Part shown: piece after piece, positions 27,571 to 40,043 of the stretch
Layout of the letters: each line of letters begins with the position of its first letter
How positions within the stretch are numbered: the stretch's first letter is position 1
Assembly: GCA_011109175.1 (NCBI GenBank)
Contig: RDEW01000010.1
Location: 1,082,796-1,146,795, forward strand
Reading direction: 5' to 3'
Length of the DNA: 64,000 nucleotides
Source of the DNA: Dicyema japonicum
Lineage: Eukaryota > Animalia > Dicyemida
Position numbers and translations under genes: made by a program
Notes under the pieces: generated by a model
Told to the model about the DNA's origin: nothing
Seen by the model: the letters and a program-made list of their open reading frames with translations, nothing else
Database searches by the model: none

Positions 27571-27725
27571 GGGTTCCCGACCATTGACGTCACTTTCCCG
27601 ACCGATAGCGTCACTTCCTCGATTACAACGTAATTTTCCGGATCAATAGCGTAACTTCCTCGATTAATAACGTAATTTTCCGGATCATTAGCGTAACTTT
27701 TTCGACCAATAGCGTAAGTTTTGAT
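27571..27725. repeat. Short tandem array of 20-21-bp units with a 42-bp higher-order unit
   Basis: atagcgtaacttcctcgattaataacgtaattttccggatca twice, plus flanking variants. Confidence 0.8.
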
Positions 27726-27779
27726 CATTAAAATGAGAGAAGGGCAAATATATTTCGGATAAAAGAACATTGTAAAACT

Positions 27780-28130
27780 CATAAAGAGGTCGGATTTTCA
27801 GCATCCTAAAGACCAAGACGTAGAAGAGCTGTTTCAGGATCTTCTACCTATATTTGTCTCAGAACCAGAAATTGCATCAATGACTAATTTTTCTGGAATC
27901 CCTAAAAATCTTTGTTATGAAGAGGGAATTGAAGACCCATATTTATTTTTGATAATGCCTGTATTCATCATTATACGGACATTAAAGAATTTGAAATAGC
28001 AAACATCCATGCTCGATTACGTCATAATCTCCATTTATCACTCTAATTGAGAATTTATTAAGCATATAAACTATGTTTCTTGATACTTATCACCGGGGTT
28101 TTTCCGAAAACAAGCCCATGCCAAAAAAAT
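27780..28130 (+). mobile_element. Possible Tc1/IS630 DDE relic
   Basis: PIFIFDNACIHH motif; otherwise decayed. Confidence 0.4.
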
Positions 28131-28399
28131 AATCGAATACAAAAAACGTTTAAGAATTTTTTTCTTTGATAAGCCTATTGTCTTAGTTGGCCAACATGTG
28201 TTATTCGTCTACTTTTCAGGTGATGTCTTGTACAGAAATTGAAAATCCATTTATCAGAACAATTGAAATCAGCAATGATTAAATCTCCTTTCAATGAGCA
28301 TATGATTTTTCTTAAACGTCGGTAGTTCACAATTGTTTTGTGGTCTTTCAGATTTCACCCATTCAAACATTTTTTTTTAATTTCGTGAAAAAAACGCTT

Positions 28400-28625
28400 T
28401 TCTCCAAAAAGTTCCTAATTTACGTGAAACGGTTTGTTTTGATGACTTGACAAATTTGTATTATTATGCCAGCTTCGTAGACAATTAAGGTGTATACCAA
28501 GTTGTCTAGATGCTTCTGCCAAGTTTCCACTGCACTCTGATAATTTTTTAATGCGAAAAGTTTTTCTCTGATTGTGTAAGACTTCCTTCTTAGCCATTCA
28601 ACAGTTTGTAACTTAGAGGTTTGTT
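28400..28625 (-). mobile_element. Pogo-type transposase N-terminal (Brinker-like HTH) relic
   Basis: RRKSYTIREKL / SGNLAEASRQLGIHLNCLRSW across a frameshift. Confidence 0.55.
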
Positions 28626-29927
28626 CACTTGATATGTTCACGTCAAAGATAATAATTATTATTATTAGCAAAGTCCACGGAACCAGAAAAGCTAAGTAAA
28701 TTTGAGATTCCACTTTTGCCATGCATCTCTGGATATGCGATATGAGTCGTTTTCATCCTCCCCTGTTTCTCGCATTCGCCCTCAGATCATCCAGATCCTC
28801 TCCTGTTTTCAGTTTTCTTGCTATGCAAGTGAGTTTTTTGTTCACTGACGGCAACGTTGTTCACTGTCGACCTCGATACGTTGTTTTGTTTACAGTAATT
28901 TAGAGATTAAGTCATACAGTAAAGTCTCTCGAATCCGCCAATTTCGGGGATCGGCAAAATCTGGAGGATTCGAGAATCGGGAGACTTATTGATTTTTTCA
29001 TCCATTAATAATGTAAATCAAAAAATTATTTATAAGCAAAAAAATCAGTAAGTTTTGATTCGTTTTTTTTAGAGTTCAGATCATTGAAGATCCAAGCTTT
29101 TCAATAGACTCAATATTTCTGACATTAAAGAATTCTTCTTGATTGTAGAATTTTTAGTTTATTTAAGGCTAGAAAAGCCTCGCTAATATTTACACCTTTC
29201 TGACTTTTTTTCAAGGGGTTCTTTCCCCAATACCTTCATGACGACATTAAGTGCTCTTGCGCAGGCGAAAATCTTGCGAATCTCCCATCTGCAGAAAGAA
29301 GGGGGATGTTAAAAAACGTAGGCGAATAAAGGCAATGTCCACGAAATGATTGTGCAAGAAGTCTCGTAAATCGACACATTTTTGAAAAATCTGTTTATGT
29401 TCAACTGCACTATCTTCAACTTTCGCTTAACTCTGGTCCAGTGTTAGATCAACATCACCACACCTGATTAAAGAAGAATGGTAGCTTGGCGCTCTCCCCA
29501 TAACCACTACCAAACAAACTATTTTGTAGTCACTTGGTAAAAGAAATAAGTTGGGTCTGTTCGCTACAACTGTAGGCAGTGTTGTCCATGGCAGGACCCA
29601 CGTGAAAAAAATATGTTAGTTATCATATAGAACCCAGGGATTACCGAGAAAAAAGAAAAAAAAACGTCAAGTAGTTAAATGATCAAAGTCTCCGCAATCA
29701 ACTGAGCCACCCAATGGACAGGAACGAGAGATTCCATCTTCCTCACTGACGCGGAGCAATCAGGATCCGTGACTACGGGTCGTAGCTTCCCTGATTAGCG
29801 GAGTGAATTAACTTTTCTGCTAAATATATTATAAATAACAAAAAAAATCACATTTATTTAATTTTTTATTAAATTAATAATAATTTAATATTTATAAAAT
29901 AATTTACAAATAAATAATAACCTATAA

Positions 29928-30756
29928 ATGCCCATATCCTTATATGCATATGAATTATTAATTATCTTAGTAAGTCCTGTAGTTCTGAATCAAATGGTTT
30001 ATACTGATAATGGTTGTCATTTACTATTAATTGAACTTAGAAATCGCATGCTTCCAAAGATTTGAAAAAAAACATCATAATTCCTAATCTATATTCCATA
30101 CAGAACGAAAAGAATGAACTAATTGGAATGTTAAATGCAAATATAAAAGTCGACCACAACAAAAAGGTAAGCCGTATCCTTTAATATCAGAATATACGCT
30201 ATATACTCAATAATACGAATGTCCGATTAATTGAAAGTTCATTGAAAGATAAAATCGTTGTAATTTTTCATCAAAAGACGTTGATTTATATTTCACGTTT
30301 CCCTTGGTATCCGACAAACAATATTACCTGAAAAGATCGAATTATCCATTTGTAATTAACATCATTAATTCTTAGATAATTCTGATAAATTAACAATCAA
30401 ATTTGATCGGCAGTTTATTAAATATAATCAGCACTTTCTATGTCAATTTATCTTTAAAAAATTTTCCAATGGTGTATCTCTCAATATTTCCTGTTTAATG
30501 TTCCAACTATTCAAGAATGAAGACATTACTAGATATGTCGGTTATGGTTTACTTTGATTTTTATATTTTAGTGCAAAGCTGTTCCAATTCAAGTTATGTC
30601 TCAAACAAGTCAGTTTCCAATAATAACAAAATCATAATAATCGTGACTGCTATTTTATTGGCAGTGGTCATATTGACATTCATTGTTATTCATTATTTCA
30701 AAAACTGGACAACAAGACCCACCGAACTTTCTAGGTCAATATTACTCAAATTTTGA
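29928..30756 (+). CDS. Orphan single-pass membrane protein candidate (tiny introns)
   Basis: Signal-like N-terminus MPISLYAYELLIILVSPVVL; introns such as gtaagccgtatcctttaatatcag; C-terminal TM IIIIVTAILLAVVILTFIVI; needs 1-2 indel corrections. Confidence 0.45.
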
Positions 30757-31099
30757 TATTACCATTTTCTTTAACTTTTTAATTTTATATTGTCTACGAT
30801 AAAGCTCATCTTCGATAATATACTCTTTCACGGAAAGAACACGGGGGGGGGAGAACTTGTGGCGACCAAATAAATTCTACAATAGTCCATTACAAGCTTC
30901 CGCATCAAAAGAGAAATGGAAAAGTAGGTCCACCCTTTTCCATTATCATCACATGTCCTACCTTCGCGGATATCAACTCATTCATGGAATGAGATTTTTC
31001 ATAATGGCAATCTTCACCTGTGGATTTGGTCTAGGAGAAGGTAGGAAGATCCCTTTCAACAACTGTGCCGAGACAGCCAGAAGGACTCGTCGTAACTGA

Positions 31100-32990
31100 G
31101 GAAATGTATTTGGAAACAGGCAACTAACCTTGTTGAATCAAATTGGGTCGATTATTGTGAAGAAAAAAGAGATAAGTGATAGAGGAACTGACATTAGCGT
31201 TCATTTCTTTACAAATCGTGATGGGAATGCGTTTTCAATTCTAAGAGCGGCCATCCTTGTCCAATAAAACCTTTACTTGCTTTACCGCCTCTGAATAATT
31301 TATTTCTCCACCACCCATAATAACTATAGTAGTAATATAAGGGCTTCACCAGCTCTTTTGCCGTCTCAGCAGTGGTTTGTTCCGGAGGCATGTCGTCATC
31401 AACAGGGTTGTGAAGTGCTATCTTAAGACGGCTTGGTGACAAACATAAGTGTGGATCCAGTGTCACGCCCAGGATCTTCTGACATTTGCTGAAGGGGATT
31501 TCAACGTTGTCCAATTTTAAGGTGACAGTCTTTTTCCCCAACCTTTTGTCCGAAGTAAACATAGACGTGACCGACTTTCTGGAATTTAACGTGAGTCGGT
31601 TCTTCATCACTCAGGCGTTGAGTCGGTCCAGGTTAATTTGTAATCTTTTGTAGCATTTTGGATATCCGATCACGCGAGGCCAAAACAATGTCGTCCGCAT
31701 ATAAGAGTAGAACATCGTTATTGGATTCCGGTGTCGGGAGGTTGGCTAGGTATAAATTTAATAAAGCGGGGGATAAAGGAGATCCCTGAGAGAAGACGCA
31801 AAACTGATTTCAGTCTTTCGAGGCATACACGTCCCTCCGTCCACTTAAGAAATTTGTTATCCAAAGTTTTAGCTTCCCCGGGATCTCCGACTAGACAATT
31901 TTCTTTGATAATATTTTTCTCGAAATAGAATCAAAGACCTTGTTAATATCAATGGAACACAAGACTGTTTTCAAATGCCTTGGTTTGTTTGAAAATCCAT
32001 CTCTAATGAAGTTGGTTAATTTCTGTAGGTACGTTGATGTAAAACAATCGCTCTTGAATCCGTGTTGAAAATCTTTTTCTGGTAAGAAAGCCTTGATTCT
32101 CAAGCACAAGCCTCTTCAGGATTTTCGCTACTGAACATAACAATGAAACAGGTCTAAATGATGCCGGATCTTCCTTAGGTTTTCCAGATTTCAGTATAGG
32201 TCGGATGTTGGCTTGCTTCCATAACAACGGTATTACATTACAGTTAATTGAATAGTTATACACCGACGTTAGAAAACCGACTCCAATATCTCCAAGGTTC
32301 TTCAATAACACTACTGGAATATTATCGGGATCGGCAGAGTACGTTGTTCTTGTAAAACGCAGCGCATATTCACATCTTCATCCGCGTAGAAAACTGGGTT
32401 AGAATCTTTCTTCAGTTTTCTGCGTGAAGAGAGAAGCACTTCCGACTTTCTGTGTTCTTTGTACGAAATTTTTGTGTAGAATTTTATCAAATTGTTAGCG
32501 TCTCGTTGAGTATAGTCATTCTCGGGGAAGTTTCTTCGCCTTTTGCAACATTTCGAATGGCTTTCCACACTTCTCCGGTACTACGGTTGCGATTTGTCCT
32601 TGTAAGAATCCGATTCCACTTCAATTCTGGGCCTTGAACTCTCTGGCCTTTATTTCTTTTCTAATGTGATCCAATTAGATTTTTGAGGTGATTTCTTTCT
32701 TTAATTAATGCCGACTTCCCTCGACCATATAGGAATTTAGACGATGCTTTGGAATAGCCAATGATCTTACTTCTAGGATTGTGCAAGTAAAGTATTTGAT
32801 CGCTTTTCCACGATTTGAAGCTGTCCAAGCAACAATTCTTCAGTCTGTCATCCGAGATTGCGCGATACAATTCTTAATTAGCAGCTATGTAATTATAACT
32901 AGTATGTGTTCTCCTCACTTTGACTTCTCTCTTGATTTTCATCACAATCGGGTTATGATCGCTTTTTGTTTCGTAGAAGACTGACCAGGT
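31100..32990 (-). mobile_element. Decayed Ingi/I-like LINE ORF2 (APE end to RT)
   Basis: SDHNPIVMKI, FRPVSLLCSVAK, FQHGFK, IDINKVFDSI, LLYADD, KILGVTLD. Confidence 0.8.
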
Positions 32991-33099
32991 AATTTTCGAT
33001 GTTCCTCGTTCTCTTATAAAGAATGTTAAACGGTAATCTAGTGCTGTGGCTTCTGCTTGATAAGACGTTCACACATCATGTGGACACAATAATTTCAAG

Positions 33100-33420
33100 A
33101 GTTCAAAAAAGATGGGGATCCTCAAGACCTTTGCTAGATCTCCAATATCTTCACTTTCTCATCTCAAATTACCGATAATGGAACATGCATGTACGGCGTG
33201 GATTACACCCTTGTCAATATCCACGCAGAACAAATTAGAGGTCATACAAAACCAATGCCTCCGGATCCTTCTTAAATGTGACAGAATGACGCCTACGTCA
33301 GAAATGAGGAACACACTAGATCTCAAAAAAGTTAAGGAACATCTCAGTGACAAACAACAAAAATTTTTGAAAATGGTGCATCTTCCGGTAATCCCTTGAA
33401 GATGAGTTTCTTGCCTACCA
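33100..33420 (+). mobile_element. LINE RT thumb relic
   Basis: PIMEHACTAW...NKLEVIQNQCLRILL. Confidence 0.6.
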
Positions 33421-33689
33421 GAAGTATGCTCGCAAATTTGAGATCAAACCTTTCACCTTTTGGACGATCATAAAAAATTGCAAAGTCGAAACAAAGGAGG
33501 ACGCACTGACACCGGGATCACTTAATTAGACGATAATCTTTTCCTCTTTCCTTTGTTCCCGGGGTTATAATAATAAGTGGATTTGAGTTATAGGAAGTTC
33601 AGAGTATGAGGAAAATAAATAGTTCATTCGAGATCTGTGGGGACTAACAATATCCACTGTCTTTTTATTTACAACTTACTGGTGATGAC

Positions 33690-33890
33690 TAGGTAAAGAA
33701 GGACGCCAGCAAGGAGTACAGGCCCTTCGATGCAGGGTCATGTTATTTCAACAACTTTTCATTTAAACTTAATTAATTGAAAAGGGATCAACGAGAAGGG
33801 TTATGGCTAAGACAAAAGATTGGAATAGCCATACTCCGAGGGAACTCGTTCGCAATCCACGCAGCAGGCTTCCTCAACTGACATTTGTTT
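33690..33890 (+). mobile_element. CRE LINE 3' end
   Basis: DQREGLWLRQKIGIAILRGNS; aagggatcaacgagaagggttatggctaagacaaa is identical to the last 35 nt of the window. Confidence 0.7.
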
Positions 33891-34022
33891 AATTGTTAAA
33901 AAATTTTTCTTAAATAAAAAACAAAAAAACTTAATTAATTTTGTGTTAAAAATAATTTATTCATTAATTCGTTAATCGACTGATTCAAATTCATTCATTT
34001 ATTTTAACAGCGAGATTTTCTC

Positions 34023-34983
34023 ATGAGATGTTGTGATTTTATGCTTAGACACAAATTTAATAAATTAATTCTAAGCATGACCCTTGTACTTTAATATTTA
34101 ATGACTAGTCAATCCTTCTTATTTTTTTATTTCACACAAAAAACACCTTCAATGATTATTATCAGGTAAAATACAAGTTTCTGTTTGTCGTTATTTCAGG
34201 TTAAATAAACTTATTATTGATAGAACCGAACAACGTGCAGAAAAGGGATGCCATAAGGGAAACATGGGGAAACGTAAGGCTATTGGAAAAGATGAATTCT
34301 ACAATTGTTTTCTTCATCGGACAAAGTAGGACTAGGAAAATGTCGTTGATAGAGAACGAACAAAAATTGCATAATGACATTGTCATTAGTAAAAACTTTA
34401 TCGAAGATTACCATAATTTGACCCTAAAAGTGGAAAATGCATTCACTTGGGCATTGAATGAGTTTAGAGACTTTGATTACTTCATTAAAATCGACGATGA
34501 CGTCCTTTTGAATGTCGAAAATTTTTTCCTTTTCCTATACAAAAGCATGTCCAACAAATTTGACAGCCATACTCCATTCATATTTTGTTCAGCCACCTTA
34601 TATATATCCAGATAGAAATCCCAAAAGCAATTGGTACCCTTTATCTTTATTAAGGTTTATTAGCAAAGATCAATATCCTAATTCAACTTACCCAAAATTT
34701 TGTGGTGGATTCACGTATTTGATATCTAAGCAGGCTATTCCTCTAATATTGAATAACTGTGGAAACCTAATCAAGCTAAATTTGGTGGACGTTTATTCCA
34801 CTGGTAAAATTATTGGCTAATTTAATAGGATTATGCAGATTTGAAAATAATATCCAACTTCTTGTGCTCCCTAAATTTATTTTAAAATATTCCGATCTTT
34901 GCAATTTTAAGGATTATGCGACAAAACTAAATCATTCAGAAGAATTTTTAAGTGATTTATTTGAAAAAATAGAGAACTGTTGA
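34023..34983 (+). CDS. Beta-1,3-galactosyltransferase family (GT31), type II membrane, 4 introns of 21-25 nt
   Basis: KRDAIRETWG, FIEDYHNLTLK, IKIDDDV, YPKFCGGFTYLIS, DVYSTGLC; one apparent indel in a TA run near 34600. Confidence 0.85.
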
Positions 34984-35819
34984 TAATCACAAGTTCATAA
35001 TTAGAGACAGTTATTTTGGTTTTAACGAGAATTGCTTTGCTTGATTGTAATAATTATGAGGCGTGTCAAATATAGTGTTCCCGACAATAGCGTCAATTTT
35101 TTTTACAGTAAAAATAACCTTTTTTAAAATTTTCTCATTATAATCACCTCAGAAAAATATTCTAGTTAATTTTCCAATCTTAATAAAAAAAGCTTAAATA
35201 ATTTAATAGAATTAGTTTAAATTAGAAAAATAAGTTTGGCTTGAAGAGTGACCTTCACTGCGGCGAAACAGAATTGTCTGAAGAGCATTCTTTGGTTCTC
35301 CTTCTACGTTAGCTATAACAACTGTTCTTTACTTAAATAAAGTGTGTGTTCTGCTTAAGCAGAGCCATAGCTGATATGGCTTCGCGGAAAGTGCGATAGT
35401 GCATATTTCAGGGCAATATTGATTATATATTATTCATAAAATAGGTCAAAGTAGGAAATTTGAAAGGAAAAAAATATTATTTGTATCTCAGTGACCTGAA
35501 ATAGGTCAAAAAGTCTAGATATCTCTTGAAATCTTTTTATTAGAAATAAATTTGTTGATTGGCTAATTTGAAAAGGTTTATGTATTGAGAATGGAAATAA
35601 AGGAGAATTAGTAGGAAAAGTGTCAATTTCATGGACAGTTTACACTGTAAAGTAATTGAGTTCGAATCTTTATGAAAACCAACCAACGAAGATAAATTAC
35701 TTTCAAATAATTTTATCCTATAACTTTCCTCCTGTTCTTTAATGGGTTAAATCTCGCAAACAAGTTGATTTAATTCAGGCCAAGCTAAACTATTTATTAA
35801 GAGACTTCTCCACGTCAAA

Positions 35820-36165
35820 AATAGCCTCACTAACTTGTAGGAGGCAAGCAGATATTAAATAGGACGCAGCAGATGTTGGTCGCTCCCATAGATCGGTCAG
35901 TCCCGGTATTGTAGATCAACATTGTGCCAATTAATGATATTCAAAAGGTTTTTGTTTTCAACACGTGGAGGTTGCAAAAGGAACAGAGGATGTCGTATGT
36001 TGGTAGATATTGGTAATGCCCACATCGTAGGCGAGCAAAGTTCACTCGGACATTTCTCGGAAGAGAAGATTCTGATTGGTCTATTGAAGGAGGGAGTCGG
36101 TCCCATAGATCGGTCCATTGGATTTTTTTAAATAGAAAAGCTTTATTTTCTTCTAGCTGAATTAA
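35820..36165 (-). mobile_element. Ingi/I-like LINE 3' end
   Basis: SLPRNVRVNFARLRCGH...CSFC...LTDLWERPTSAASYL. Confidence 0.65.
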
Positions 36166-36434
36166 CAATTACATAAAAATCAATACGAAGAATCGTCATT
36201 AATTTCAAAGGTATTTCGAGAGCATTTTCTTAATGTAAATGTTGATTTTCTTCTAAATTTAGCAGTAAAGTATTTTGTAAAAAATAGCAGCCGCTTTAAT
36301 AAATTCTCTTAACACGGTCTTTAAAAAATTAAATAGTTAAGACACTTATTTCTTTGGAGTGAAAAAGTGGACAGAATCATGACGATATCAGGTATTTATA
36401 AGAAAATAATATTATTTTATTTATCATAGAAAGA

Positions 36435-36506
36435 CCCGAGGTAGCTCAGGGGTAGAGTGGGAGACTGTAGTTCTCTAGGTCCCCGGTTCGAATCCGGGTC
36501 TTGGGA
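36435..36506 (+). tRNA. tRNA-Tyr(GTA): tRNA-Tyr (anticodon GTA), intronless
   Basis: Cloverleaf: acceptor CCCGAGG/TCTTGGG, D arm GCTC/GAGT, anticodon stem GGAGA/TCTCT with loop CTGTAGT, T arm CCCGG-TTCGAAT-CCGGG, discriminator A. Confidence 0.92.
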
Positions 36507-36514
36507 TTTTTTTT
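36507..36514 (+). terminator. Pol III oligo-T terminator
   Basis: Run of 8 T immediately after the tRNA. Confidence 0.75.
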
Positions 36515-36879
36515 CCGATGTGAAAGGTCGTGATTTTTAGCCCACAAGCGAGCGATCTAAACCGTGGGATCGGCTTAATGATTCACAAAGTCACCAAGGA
36601 TGAACATAAAACTGAATGGCTTCGAGAGAGTGTTTCGATATCCATTGCTAGTGAACACGACTGTGTTTAATTGGTTATTGGATTATAAATTTGACATAAT
36701 TTCAAACTGATGATATTTCATTTTTTATGATTATTCTCGTTTGTGCACAAGATAAAAATCCAGTATCCGCCAACAGTCACGGACTTAATTCTGAGTCTAC
36801 GACTGTTGAAATATTTCTACGTGAAAATCATATTGACGGCTAATAAATATAAAATTCTGTAAATAAAGTAGTAAGGAAC

Positions 36880-37075
36880 CACTGGTTCACCTGCACCGAC
36901 ACGTTTGCCCTTTGCAACTACTACAGAGTGTCTCTGGAGCCTGTTCCGTTGCTAAGAGGAGTCAAAACGTGTAAAGTACACGGTCCTATCCAATGATTTT
37001 TTTGTTCGTTCCTCTCGCCGTGAGACGTCTGGTTTCTTTGCGCTTGCGACGCTGGAATTCTTGAGTCGTCTAGGG
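36880..37075 (+). mobile_element. CRE endonuclease relic
   Basis: FTCTDTFA...ETSGFFALATLEFLSRLG. Confidence 0.55.
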
Positions 37076-37084
37076 CCCGGGTCG

Positions 37085-37720
37085 GCAAAAATAAAAAAAT
37101 TGATAATACACGACATTTTCAATCTGAATGGACTGAATCTTTCGCAGTCACTTTTAACTCAAACCAACTACCAAAATGCCTCATTTGTCAGGAAACTCTG
37201 AACCAAAATAAAAAATCAACTTTGGAGAGGCATTTTAAAACAAAGCATGCGAATTTAGCAAATTGGACAGGTATTTTTTAATGCTATCCTTAGGTGTCTC
37301 TGTTTGTTCGTTATGTGTCTCGAGACTTCCTTAGACCACAACTTTTGGCATTATTTCCTCTAAAGGGTCAAACTCGTGGTGAAGATATTGTCGGCACAGT
37401 TGTTGAATCTCTGTAAACGAATTTTATTCCACTTAATAGAATCGTATCCATTTCAACTGACGGTCCTGCAAGCATCCTAGGATCGAGAAAGGAATTTGAC
37501 CATGAAGTAAAAAAATGACCATGAAGTGATTACTCTACATTGTATTATCCACCAAGAAGACTATCTGCACAAACTTTTCCAGAAAAAATATTAGAGCGAT
37601 GGAATTGGTGATGAGATTACTAACTCATTATTTCCAAAATAATACTTTATTTATTATCTATTTAAGGGAGTTACTGGTTGAGGTGGTGACGACACCTCTA
37701 TTGCACTATGTCTTAGTCGT
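37085..37720 (+). mobile_element. hAT (SPIN/GTF2IRD2-like) transposase relic
   Basis: RHFQSEWTESFAV...PKCLICQETLNQNKKSTLERHFKTKH; VSISTDGPASILG. Confidence 0.7.
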
Positions 37721-37779
37721 ATTCCTTACAGACTTCTCCGTTCACTCTGGGATCTTTCAATTGCAGAAGACATACAACC

Positions 37780-38030
37780 TTACAAGAAACACCAACTGGT
37801 ATGCGATCTAACCAAAGATGACGTCTCTGTATGCTGTCTACAAGAGACAAAAACGACCGTACAATGTGCAGAACTGTTTGGAAAATTCAACCTTTTTATC
37901 CTCCTGTCGGCCTGCCGACATTATGGTCTCGGATTTGCAGTCCATTAGGACCTGCTTCATTACGTTACAAGAGTGTGGACATCGTCTGACATTATAATGG
38001 AAATGGCGGACGACCTGGACTACCTAGAGA
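37780..38030 (+). mobile_element. RTE APE-endonuclease relic
   Basis: VSVCCLQETK...HYGLGFAV. Confidence 0.55.
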
Positions 38031-38329
38031 ACTAGTGCGCAACAGAAGATCATGGTCGAAGCTGACGGAGAGGATGATTCGGAATACGGCACAAGGGAAG
38101 CTTAACTAATTTTATGTTTTCTCGGGAGTTCTTTTCAATAATTAATAATAAGGGACTTACCTCGACTGTTTAAAGATTTGTTAAAAGAAACGAACACTGA
38201 GTATACTGATCTTCTCCAGTCACCAAGTTCGTCGAAGCACATAAAAGATGGCTCTTCAATTTTTCATAATTTCCAAAAATGTCATAAAGTGGCTCTTCTC
38301 CAAAAGTATTTGCCGACCCCTTGGTCTAG

Positions 38330-38600
38330 GGAATTGGATTTCTCAGGAGACCCCCGTGAGCGCTGCTTGTTATTTGAGCAAATCTCGCTCTACATCTCGA
38401 GAGTGAATAGCCGCGCAGTCAGAGCGACCGACCATTTGTCACTTTTTTTCTTGTAAACATGTGGTTTTGTTTTATTTTTGTGTAACTGTTTTTTTGTCTT
38501 GAACAACAAATTGTTTACTATTCGACCGAATTTCGCTGGCCATCCTGAGAGGGAATAGCCAGTCAAGGCGGCTACTGCATGACACTCGGCTAATTGTCTT
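38330..38600 (+). mobile_element. Two tandem CRE 3' ends
   Basis: DPRERCLLFEQISL and ISLAILRGNS about 150 bp apart, same orientation. Confidence 0.6.
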
Positions 38601-38879
38601 TTTATTTTAAACAAATTTTTAATTGTTGCTGTAAAATTTCTCAAATTTCACGGTTTCACAGATTTTTAAGAACGACAATTTACAAAATTTACTGCATTTG
38701 TAGAGTTATATGTTTATTCACTGGAACTGAAATGTTGAGTAATCAGTGACTAGCATCTATCATACATGAGAATCGAGCTAAACCTAACATTAGATATTTT
38801 TTCAGTTCTGGAAAATACGACAAAGTTAATCCAGGCTTATGATCCACTTCGATCCTACACATGCGCGGTCGGGTTTTCT

Positions 38880-39110
38880 CGTCTTATCGGTTTCCTCTGT
38901 TATTCATTTTGATTAGGATCTCCGAGGGTGTCGTCATCACTTTCTTTTGTCCGTATACTACTTTTCTGTCGCCGCAATAGCCCTTTTTGTGTAGCCGCGA
39001 TTTTCTGAGTTTTAGTCCAAGAGATCGGAGGCCCACACGAGGCACGTGCATAGAAAATGCATGATTCAATATTTTGGGGTAAATCGTTTTTAGCTTTTTC
39101 CAAAGCCGGC
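38880..39110 (-). mobile_element. RTE relic
   Basis: IESCIFY...TKTQKIAATQKGLLRR. Confidence 0.45.
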
Positions 39111-39774
39111 TTTCAGCTGGTTGATTTTTTCTAAAATTTTTAGCACATAATTAAATATTTAAAATTAACTAAAAATTATTTATTATTAAAAATTAAAAAA
39201 AAATTAAGTATTAGTTTAGTTGTCTGAATAGCCGAGCTGTTTCCACACATTGACTATCGGTATCCGCTCTCGTAGACACCTTGTCTCCCGTGAATCTCAG
39301 GTGTTTATTTCAGATCAGTCATCCAACTTTCTCTCAATGTCATCAGCCAGCCGACCAAGTAATTTACTAATATTAAACATATTGCGTAAATTCATTTAAT
39401 AAATCATACGCTGAGACTACAAACCAGGATGTCTAAAGTGCTCGATCGACTACAACAACAGTCCTGTCGCCGAGGAGTAGTAATGTTTCCATAAGCTAGA
39501 CCAGAGGTTTCCAAACTTTTTTACACGCCTCCCTTAGAAAATATACAATCTTGTGCCTTTCTTAATTTTCCATTATATAGTACAAATAGTATTTTTAACA
39601 TAAATATTTTTAACACAAAAAGGTTATTGAGATAATTTTTTAATTCTTCTTACATTTTGCAATTCTGCAAGAAACTTTGTACGAAGCTAGAAAGCATTTA
39701 ATGAGACAGAAATAAATTTTTAACGTTTTCGCTTGAAATCTTCACTATTCGTCAATTTTCTTTTACAAGTACCC

Positions 39775-39905
39775 CGACTTCACTAACTTGTAGTAGGCCA
39801 GCAGCTATTAAGTAGGAGAGCAAATGTTGGTCACTTCCATAGATCGGTCAGTCCCGGCATCGTAGACAAACGTTACGCTGATTCATGACATTCACATAGG
39901 TGATT
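39775..39905 (-). mobile_element. Second Ingi-like 3' end
   Basis: Clear nucleotide match to 35825-35945 (cactaacttgtag...catagatcggtcagtcccgg). Confidence 0.65.
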
Positions 39906-40043
39906 TGTTGTCACTAGTGTTTAAGCGACATAAAGTCCTATTTTAATAAAATCTGATTATTAAATAATTATTTAAAAAATTAAATTTAATTTAAAAATAA
40001 TAAATAATTATTCACATTTTATTCATTTTTCATTTGACATATA

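Noticed and set aside
27571-27725. CRISPR-like array
   Set aside because: The units are contiguous with no unique spacers, there are no cas genes, and the context is eukaryotic.
35240-35286. Hammerhead-like pieces (tgaaga, cgaaac, gtc); also ctgatga near 43879
   Set aside because: The core elements are not in a valid order with stems I-III.
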